The notes below the pieces were generated by a model, which searched no databases, had not been told where the DNA came from, and saw only the letters and a list, made by a program, of their open reading frames with translations. The position numbers were made by a program, and so were the translations under genes. From positions 1 through 15,846 of the forward strand of contig NW_021825297.1 in assembly GCF_006345805.1 (NCBI RefSeq): a DNA stretch of 15,846 bases, given 5' to 3'. Shown piece after piece: positions 1 through 8,061 of the stretch (positions are counted from its first letter, which is position 1; each line of letters opens with the position of its first letter). Source of the stretch: Octopus sinensis. Lineage: Eukaryota.

Positions 1-58
1 GAACCGGAACGATGTGGTTGGTTAGCAAGCTACTTACCACACAGCCACTCCTGCGCCT
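1..58 (-). mobile_element. tRNA-derived SINE family A, 5' head (cut by window edge)
   Basis: Reverse complement reads AGGCGCAGGAGTGGCTGTGTGGTAAGTAGCTTGCTAACCAACCACATCGTTCCGGTTC, with Pol III A-box TGGCTGTGTGG and the start of a B-box. Near-identical to 14151-14206 and homologous to 14684-14745. Confidence 0.85.
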
Positions 59-719
59 ATAGAAAATAATATTTTAAAACAAAAATGTATTAATACATAT
101 TAACTTAGAATATACATGAAAAATAAAAATAAATGGAAGAAAAGACTGCCGGTAGGAATACATTTCTGCGGACCCTTAGATAATTTTTTCCCTCTTATTT
201 GACAAGGGGAATCATTCCCGAAATACTATAGACACTTTCAACAACCTTTGTAAAGTAATACAAAATTATTTCGTTGTTTTTATCAATTGACAGCACCTTA
301 CATATTTTTTATCTAGAGGTTGTCATATGTATTGCACATAGGCTAGCTTTCTGAAAACATATTAAATTAAAGTTATTTCCAAAAATAGAATTACAAAAAG
401 CAAAATAGAGAAGGAAAAAACATACTATAAACACAAAACATGGTCAATACCTCTTAGATAATTCTACAATTCGCAGTTTTGACATTCACTTACGATTCGT
501 TGAATTCTTTCTTTTACGCTCTCAAAATGTTTCTTTTGGAGATTTTGGAAGTTCTGCAGCTTTGATTGGTTTGTTACTTCCATTCTTTATTTTTACTTTT
601 CCAAGATTTCTAAAAGTTTCTGTATTGCACTTTATTCTCAAGTTAATTTTTCATGCTCAATATTCACCTCGCCCCACCATCACCCCATCATCGACGTCGC
701 CGTTGGCACCGACACCGTG

Positions 720-720
<1 letters not shown>

Positions 721-783
<63 letters not shown>

Positions 784-807
784 TAATAATAATGATAATA
801 ATAATAA
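721..807 (+). repeat. (TAA)n microsatellite
   Basis: Direct reading; two TGA interruptions. Confidence 0.98.
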
Positions 808-1259
808 CAGCAAATATTCTGCTCAATACCACAGATTTGCTTGTCAGTTGTTTGACCTTAACCAGTTGAGCATGTCCCTTAGTGGCTCTCGATATGTGCA
901 TCTCTGATCACGAGCAGAAGTAGTGGGGGAGCATCATAGCCATGTGTTGAGAGGGATTCTTTGGGGTTTGAATAATTCACCTCTGGAAACATGGGTGTTT
1001 CTTTCAACATCCTTAAACAACCCTTATTCAGGGACCTTTTGAGTGGGATGGGCTACTCAACCCGAAGAAAATTCTAACTGGGCCCCACCTGCAAGGTCAT
1101 GTGCTGTTTATCTTTTTATGAGATCACCATGTCGCGCACATATGGTTGTGATGCATGTGCCTGGTGTACCCTTATCAGACGGGTAGTCATGATGGGTATA
1201 TTGGGCTTCGTATATTTTACCCCAGTGTCATTTTGATGGCATGAACTGCTCTCTCACTC

Positions 1260-1260
<1 letters not shown>
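807..1260 (+). mobile_element. Non-coding interspersed element X, copy 1 (5'-truncated retroposon or LINE 3' UTR) inside a TAA array
   Basis: Reverse complement of 4798-5247 at roughly 90% identity by eye. Flanked on both sides by (TAA)n; no recognisable ORF or Pol III boxes. Strand inferred from the shared end abutting (TAA)n and the variable opposite end. Confidence 0.85.

Positions 1261-1295
<35 letters not shown>
1261..1295 (+). repeat. (TAA)n microsatellite
   Basis: Direct reading. Confidence 0.98.
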
Positions 1296-1492
1296 TGTAC
1301 TGAGAAGAGCATTATCGCTGTGAAAACAACATCAATTCATGAATTTATTTATTTATTATTTTTTTGAATACATATTTTACATGTAAATTTGCGTGTGTAA
1401 TCTGGGAATCCACGCAATGAGCTTCTCTGTCCTAGGTGTACGGAAAACACTCGGCGAGAAATGGAAGAAAATTTGAAGAAAGAAGGAAAAAA
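1296..1492 (+). mobile_element. Extremely 5'-truncated R4/Dong-like retrotransposon stub (last 8 codons plus 3' UTR)
   Basis: 1297-1323 translates VLRRALSL*, matching the C-termini of the two longer Dong-like fragments here (ILRRTLSIQ* and ILH-KVLSDY*). The UTR has a CCTAGG...CTCGG motif (1431-1454), then an A-rich end and TAATAAT. Confidence 0.6.
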
Positions 1493-1500
1493 ATAATAAT

Positions 1501-2174
1501 GCGATATATACCCCACGACTGCAACGAACCTCTGCAGAATATGTGGGAAGCGAGTCGAAAGGGTGACTAACATTGTTAGTACTTGTGAAAGCCTTGCGTT
1601 GAAAAAGTACAAGCGCAGACACGACAAGGTGTTCCACAACCTTCACTGGCTAATATGCCGGAAGTATGGATACGAGGCAACGGGTGCTTGATCCCAACAT
1701 ACACGGGAAAAGGTAATGGACGAAAACGAGAAGGCAAAGATACTCTGGGACTTTGACTTCAGACAAAGAAGGTGTTAGAGCACCGAAGGCCAGATATAGT
1801 GACCGTTAGGAGGGACGAACAAGAGTGCCAGAACATCAACGTATCATCATGAAAAAAATATTGGTAAATATGGAGACTTGAGAATACGTGGCAGTTGCGA
1901 GATTCCAAGATTTAGGTTATTCCTATTGTCATCGGAGCATTGGGTTCAATACCATCCGAGCTGAAAAACACAACCGGAAACTTTAGAAATAACCTACAAA
2001 CTAGGTGTAGTGCAAAAGTCGGCATTACTTGGAACTGCACACATATTGCATGAAAGTACTGTCTGACTACTGAGGTCCTTGTTGAGACTTGACGGACATT
2101 ACAAATTCCCGGTAGACACAATATCTTCAATCAACAACATCACCATTTTGGATGCTGTGCAACATCTTAAATAT
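1501..2174 (+). mobile_element. 5'-truncated, decayed R4/Dong-clade non-LTR retrotransposon (zinc knuckle plus restriction-like endonuclease, 3' UTR)
   Basis: Manual translation across a stop and frameshifts: CRICGKRVERVTNIVSTCESLALKKYKRRHDKVFHNLHWLICRKYG...KAKILWDFDF...EHRRPDIV...GKYGDL...VIPIVIGALGSIP...QKSALLGTAHIL. These are the CCHC (H lost here), RHD, RPD and KY motifs of RLE elements. Followed by TAATAATAAT at 2175-2184. Missed by the ORF track. Confidence 0.92.
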
Positions 2175-2245
2175 TAATAATAATCGTCGTCGTAATCATC
2201 ATCATCATCATCGTCAACATCTCTTCCCGACTATGACCGTCATCA

Positions 2246-2262
2246 TAATAATAATAGTAATA

Positions 2263-2325
<63 letters not shown>

Positions 2326-2421
2326 TAATAATAATAATAATATGATGATGATGATGATGATGATGATAATGATGATGATGATGATGATGATGATAATGAT
2401 GATGATGATGATGATGATGAT
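2246..2421 (+). repeat. Compound (TAA)n then (GAT)n microsatellite
   Basis: Direct reading; the switch is at about 2342. Confidence 0.97.
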
Positions 2422-2444
2422 TTCAATTTAGTAATTTAGTAATT

Positions 2445-2535
2445 TTTTAGCTGAAGGCTAGCAATTACAGACTAAAGGGTAAGGCGATTTTATCGACTTC
2501 AGCCCTCAACAGGCACTTATCGACCCGAAAGGATA
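2445..2535 (-). mobile_element. Degenerate SINE family B fragment (core plus tail)
   Basis: GCGATTTTATCGACTTCAGCCCTCAACAGGCACTTATCGACCCGAAAGGAT aligns to GTCGATTACATCGACCCCAGTGCGTAACTGGTACTTAATTTATCGACCCCGAAAGGAT (9581-9639). Confidence 0.7.
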
Positions 2536-2967
2536 ATTGTCGTCGTCATCAACACCACCACCACCACCGTTAGTAACATAAACCTTCTCCTCCTCTTGCT
2601 GCTTCTCATCATCATCATCATCGTCGTCGTCGTTGTCGTCGTCGTCATCATCTCCGACACCGTCATAGCCTTTCCAGTAGGATATCTACCTGGGCGTACA
2701 GCAATGCCACAATCTGCAGCCAGTGTTGTTTAGAAGAATTAAAACAAAAAATGGTGAAAGTGACAAGAGTTAAAAAAAGCAAAGCAAAAAAAAAAAAATA
2801 ATAAAAATAATAAAAAATAAAAAACGTGTTACATCGTCGAAAATAACGAATGACATGAGGAATAATAAAATAAAACAAAATAAAAATAAAATAAAATAAA
2901 TAAATGGAAACTGTGTCATAATAACAAAAGAAAACTGTGGAAGAGATGACACAATACCAGGACGAAT

Positions 2968-3102
2968 ATTATCACCTCCACCATCACCATCATCATCATC
3001 ATCATTATCCTCATCGTCAACACCACCGTCGCAAATGCTGTCGTCGTCGTCGTTGCCGCCGCCACCACCACCACCACCACCACCACCACCACCACCACCA
3101 CC
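2968..3102 (+). repeat. Mixed trinucleotide microsatellite (CAT/GTC/CAC)n
   Basis: Direct reading; source of the spurious poly-His, poly-Pro and poly-Val ORFs. A similar tract lies at about 2538-2651. Confidence 0.95.
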
Positions 3103-3266
3103 AGTGGCACTACCACTGTGTAAGCCAACGACAGCAGACTTGTCAACGTGTATTCATTTGTCAGAGAGAGGAAATTGTTCTCTGTTCAATTTCTGTGTTC
3201 CAGACATCGTACAGACGACATGAGATTCATAAATAGTACAGGAGACTCTGAGACACACAATGGCAA

Positions 3267-3310
3267 AGAGAGAGAGAGAGAGAGAGAGAGGGGGAGAAAC
3301 ACACACACAT

Positions 3311-3345
<35 letters not shown>

Positions 3346-3780
3346 CATACACACACTGATACTGAGATACAGTTGCAGTGGCACAAACTCACAAGCATAT
3401 ATAGACATAGAGATATATACGGAGGCACACGAATACAGACACACAGACAAGTGCAGACTTGTATGTGCTTGTCTATATGTGTATGTGCGTGTGTGTATAG
3501 ACACGCACACACACATACACATATATATATATATATCTAAAAGTACACACACATTATCTCATATATATATATATATATACACGCATTCCAAACACACAAT
3601 AAATAGATAAATAATTAAAAAATACGCACACATACACACACATATATATACACAAACTTAGAGCTACATATGAACACGTACACATATATACACATATAGA
3701 CACATATAGTCAAATATTTTTGCATAACCAATAGACAAAACGTACACACAGATATAGTCATAAACACACACATACACAGA
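3267..3780. repeat. (AG)n, (CA)n, (TA)n and cryptic CA/TA-rich simple sequence
   Basis: Direct reading. Confidence 0.92.
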
Positions 3781-4042
3781 ACCTGTGTCTATACATTTTG
3801 TGACACCAAAATGCTCTTTTAATAGCACTCAGGACTGTTCTGTTAGAAGACACTCCAGGTGTGACCCTTCCATGTTTATTTTAGACATTAGGTATCTTTA
3901 TTTCAGTCGTAATGTTCTTCCGTATGCAAAGGAGATTTGACTATTATTTCTAACAGGTTACACTACGAAGTTCTTTTGTTTCATCGAGAAAAAAAAAAAA
4001 TAAAACGAACAAAAAAAAAAAGAAAAATACGATGAAATATTC

Positions 4043-4179
4043 CTTTCTAATCTAGGCACAAGGCCCGAAATTTTGAGGGAGGGGGCCAGTCGATTAGATC
4101 GATCCTAGTACGCAACTGATACTTAATTTATCGACCCCGAAAGGATGAAATGCAAAGTCGACCTCGGCGGAATTTGAAA
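4043..4179 (-). mobile_element. SINE family B, 5'-truncated at the B-box, tail type 2
   Basis: Reverse complement contains TTCAAATTCCGCCGAGGTCGACTTTGCATTTCATCCTTTCGGGGTCGATAAATTAAGTA, matching 12163-12221; the tail differs from the 12085 copy. Confidence 0.9.
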
Positions 4180-4264
4180 CATACGATTAATTATTAGCTC
4201 TATAAAGACGCCATTATCACCTGTTTGACTTCATTTGCGCCGTACCAATGGTCGTGTAAAATAT

Positions 4265-4413
4265 TGGTTTAAAATTTTGGCACAATGCCGGTAATTTCGT
4301 AGGTGTAGTTAAGTCGGTTACATAGATCCCAGTATTCAACTGGTACTTATTTTATCGACCCTGAAAAAATGAAAAGCGAAGTGGATGGAATGCCAATCAT
4401 TCTGCCAGCCTGC
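4265..4413 (-). mobile_element. SINE family B, diverged, internally deleted, tail type 3
   Basis: Core AACTGGTACTTATTTTATCGACCCTGAAAAAATGAAAAGCGAAGT is joined almost directly to a head remnant ATTCTGCCAGC (A-box on the minus strand). Confidence 0.75.
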
Positions 4414-4735
4414 GAAAATGGCAAGAGTAAATGGTACCTCTCTAAGTATAGGCCTGTGAATCGGAGAGAAAGGATTGGAGAGGGCACTTGCTCCTAGGGT
4501 TTCAGAGAAATCTCTGACAGTGGGGCTCCTCGATTATCCTTAGAGGTGTTCCCGAATCAGGAGGGCCACATCTCTATCATCATTCTCACCCTTTTTTTTG
4601 CACCTTTGTATGCTATGCTTATGTCCCTTCTTTCCCAGTGTATACCGTATATAATTTTTTTATCATTTCATTATTATATGTAAACCCCAAACTTTTTGTC
4701 CCCCCCACCCTTCGCCCTTGTGGCAAATAAATGAA

Positions 4736-4736
<1 letters not shown>
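4412..4736 (+). mobile_element. Probable 3' end of a LINE (possibly L1/Tx1-like): ORF terminus, 3' UTR, AATAAA and (ATT)n tail
   Basis: 4412-4459 reads AKMARVNGTSLSIGL*. The segment ends GCCCTTGTGGCAAATAAATGAAA directly before (ATT)n, and that end resembles the SINE B tail at 12274-12316. The family assignment is from recall only. Confidence 0.4.

Positions 4737-4795
<59 letters not shown>
4736..4795 (-). repeat. (TAA)n microsatellite on the minus strand
   Basis: (ATT)n on the plus strand. Confidence 0.98.
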
Positions 4796-4797
4796 TT

Positions 4798-5294
4798 TGA
4801 GAGAGCAGTGCATGCCATCAAAGAGACAATGGGGTTAAATATACGAAGCCCAGTATACCCATCATGACTACCCGTCTGATAAGGGTACACTAGGCACATG
4901 CACCACAACCACATGTGCGCGACATGGTGATCACATATCAAGAAAAACAGTGCATGACCTTGCAGTTGGGGCTCAGTTAGAATTTTCTTCTGGTCGAGTA
5001 ACCCATCCTGCTCAAAAGGTCCCTGAATAAGGATTGTTTAAGGATGTTGAACGAAAAACCCATGTTTCCAGGGGTGAATTATCCAAACCTCAAAGAATCC
5101 CTCTCAACACATAGCTATGATGCTCCCCCACTACTTCTCCTTGTGATCAGAGATGCACATATCGTCAGCCACTAAGGGCCATGCTCAACTGGTTAAGGTC
5201 AAACAACTGACAAGCAAATCTGTGGTATTGAGCAGAATATTTGCTGTAGCCCATCTTTATCCATGAGAGCCACTGCCTGGTACTGCATCGGGGC
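4798..5294 (-). mobile_element. Non-coding interspersed element X, copy 2
   Basis: Inverted homolog of 807-1255, with about 47 extra 5' bases (5248-5294) before the next TAA tract. Both flanks are (TAA)n on the minus strand. Confidence 0.85.
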
Positions 5295-5363
5295 ATTATT
5301 ATTATTATTATTATATTATTATTATTATTATATTATAATTATTATTATTATTATATTATTATT
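5295..5363 (-). repeat. (TAA)n microsatellite on the minus strand, imperfect
   Basis: Direct reading. Confidence 0.97.
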
Positions 5364-6204
5364 CAGTAGTTTTATTTTTATTTTTATAGCGTGCTTTCAC
5401 TTCACTACCGAGCGCAGCTCTGTGTGCCTTGGGTATGTGCTGTGATTTGTTGTGATGCTCTGATGGTTATTGTATGGAAAGTGTTCTGCGTAGGATGTGT
5501 GCAGTGCCTAGTAGTGCAATTTTCTGTATGTTATATGTGTTTGTAAGTCCTGGTGTTTTTGTTATGTATTTGTCTGAATATTTTTTATCATGCCTAATGC
5601 ACCTACTATGATAGGAATTGTTTCTGTTTTCAGATTCCACATTCTAGTTACCTCTATTTCCAGGTCTTTGTATTTTGAGAGTTTCTCCATTTCTTTTAGA
5701 GACACGTTGTCATCTGCCGGTACTGATACATCAATTAGAAAGCATTTTTTTTCTTCATGGTCTCTGACAACTATATCTGGTCTGTTGGCCTTAATTTCTC
5801 TATCTGTGTGTATCGGCATATCCCAGAGTATGGTTGCTTTCTCGTTTTCTGTGACCTTTTCTGGTGTGTGCCTATACCATCTTTTTTCTGTTGTTATTCC
5901 ATAATGTTGGCATAGCTTCCAATGTATGTAAGTTCCAACTCTGTCATGTCTGTGAATATATTCCTTCTTAGCCAGGACTGGGCAGCTAGAGATAATATGA
6001 TTTATTGTTTCTTGTCCATCTCCACATATTCTGCAGTTACTTGTAATATTCTTTTCATTACATGTTTTTGGTAATTTCTGGTGGGGAGGCTTTGGTCTTG
6101 TGCTGCAATTAAAAATCCCTCTGTTTCTGCTTTGAGTCCTGAGCTTCTCAACCATTGCTGGGATTTTTCTTTGTCTATTTCTTTTGCGTTTAGTTTAGTC
6201 CAGT
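5364..6204 (-). mobile_element. 5'-truncated R4/Dong-clade non-LTR retrotransposon, well preserved
   Basis: With two frameshifts (about 6055 and about 5585) it reads YWTKLNAKEIDKEKSQQWLRSSGLKAETEGFLIAAQDQSLPTRNYQKH...CRICGDGQETINHIISSCPVLAKKEYIHRHDRV...ILWDMPIHTDREIKANRPDIVV...LIDVSVP...EKLSKYKDL...IPIIVGALG...IQKIALLGTAHILRRTLSIQ* (stop 5467-5469). A ~100-bp 3' UTR runs into (TAA)n. Confidence 0.95.
5467..6204 (-). pseudogene. C-terminal fragment of an RLE retrotransposon ORF (CCHC zinc knuckle plus PD-(D/E)xK endonuclease)
   Basis: ORF track 5562..6155 covers the central in-frame part; its first ~35 aa and last few aa are out of frame. No RT domain is present. Confidence 0.9.
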
Positions 6205-6551
<347 letters not shown>

Positions 6552-6816
6552 TGTTATATTAGTGGTATCTGCTTCGTATGTCTCCGTTTTGCAGTAATTA
6601 CACTTTATACCAGCGCAAACCTCAACTCCACTTACATGGAAAGCATAAACACGTCATTTTACATATAAACTACATCCTACGTCGACCAATGAACAAATAA
6701 TATAAATATATCGTCGGTCTCTAGTTACTAATAGGAGCCAATAAATATTAGTAATGAGGCTGAATTTGATCATCATATTTGTACACGGGATGTATATACA
6801 TACCATTCGTATTTGG

Positions 6817-7348
6817 GTGTATGTATGTAAAAATATATGTATGTATGTTTTTATGTACGTATGCATGTATATATGTATGTATGTCTGTATGTATGTATGT
6901 ATGCATGCATGTGTGGATGTATGTATGGATATCTGTGTGTATGTCTGTGTGTATGTATGCATGTTTGTATGTATGTATGTATGTATGTATGCATGTGTGT
7001 GTATGTATGTATGTATCTATGTATTTATGTATGCATGCATGTGTGTATGTGTGGGATGTATGTATGGATGTTTGTGTGTATGTCTGTGTGTATGTCTGTG
7101 CGTGTATGTATGTTTGTATCTATGTATGTATGCATGCGTGTATGTATGTATGTATGTATGTATGTATGTATGTATGTATGTGTGTATGTATGTATGTACG
7201 TATGTATGTATGCATGCGTGTGTGTATGTGTGGATGTATGTATGGATGTCTGTGTGTATGTCTGTGTATGTATGTATGTTTGTATGTATATGTGAGTGTG
7301 TGTATGATGTGTGTGTATGTATGTGTGCGTGTGTATATGTATGTATGC
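6817..7348 (+). repeat. Degenerate (TATG)n/(TG)n satellite with higher-order structure
   Basis: Direct reading; source of the MYVC and HTYI pseudo-ORFs. Confidence 0.95.
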
Positions 7349-7417
7349 ATAAACATTCTAACATACATATACCTTTTAGTTATGATAAACGAAACTGTAC
7401 TCTTAGCATTTGCATTC

Positions 7418-7450
7418 ATATATATATATATACATGCATACATACATACA

Positions 7451-7539
<89 letters not shown>

Positions 7540-7577
7540 TATATATAATATATATATAATATATTATATATATATAT
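7418..7577. repeat. (TA)n and (CATA)n microsatellites
   Basis: Direct reading. Confidence 0.97.
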
Positions 7578-7944
7578 ACTGTTGAATCCAATCTGTGGAG
7601 TGTGTAAGAAAAAGAGAGAGCGAGACGGAGTGACACCAAGAGAAAGAGAGAGGAAGAGAGGTAGGGAGAGAGAGAGAGAGAAATTATGAGGCGCACCAAT
7701 TTATATATTTCTTCACTTACGAAAAGCAATAATGAATAACATAGTTTCATATATCAAATGTAAATGATATATTTATTTTAAAGGTATATATAGAATGCAT
7801 ACGCGCGCGCTCACAGTCACTTAAATTAAGAAGAAATGAAAGTACTCAATATATGTGGAAGATATATATATATTCGACAAAATGAGATAAAGGCAAGGCT
7901 GTGAGGGGTTTTCAGGACATTTATAAGGAAAAAGATATAGATAT

Positions 7945-7988
7945 AATCTTACAACTGTTTCTGGGATATTATGGATATCCCTTCATAT
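7945..7988 (-). other. Degenerate minimal type-I hammerhead-ribozyme-like motif
   Basis: The minus strand reads ATATGA-A-GGGATA-TCCATAA-TATCCC-A-GAAACAGTTGTA-AGATT: 6-bp stem II, GAAA box, self-complementary helix III and GUA triplet. Only ATGA of the CUGANGA box remains. Confidence 0.5.
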
Positions 7989-8026
7989 TATGGGATATCA
8001 TGGGTATCCTAATATATATGGTTATC

Positions 8027-8028
<2 letters not shown>

Positions 8029-8058
<30 letters not shown>
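8029..8058 (+). repeat. (TG)n microsatellite
   Basis: Direct reading. Confidence 0.98.

Positions 8059-8060
<2 letters not shown>

Positions 8061-8061
<1 letters not shown>

Noticed and set aside
653-907. Poly-Asn and poly-Ile ORFs (also 2214-2426, 4619-4941, 5263-5445, 6081-6668)
   Set aside because: Translations of (TAA)n/(ATT)n microsatellites running into transposon sequence.
1349-2130. Minus-strand ORFs 1349-1639, 1377-1646 and 1912-2130 (and plus-strand 5590-5904)
   Set aside because: Antisense shadows of the Dong-like ORFs on the opposite strand.
2916-3610. His-, Pro- and Cys-rich ORFs that look like metal-binding or structural proteins
   Set aside because: Derived from CAC/CAT/GTC and CA/TA/GA simple repeats; open in several frames at once; no domain.
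6553-6720. Acceptor-like TTTTGCAG (plus) and donor GTAAGT (minus, about 6629-6634)
   Set aside because: The candidate minus-strand exon has stops in all frames, and the plus-strand one has no good donor or recognisable peptide.
6654-7750. Long ORFs up to 268 aa (MYVC and HTYI repeats)
   Set aside because: TATG/TG repeats lack stop codons by composition; not genes.
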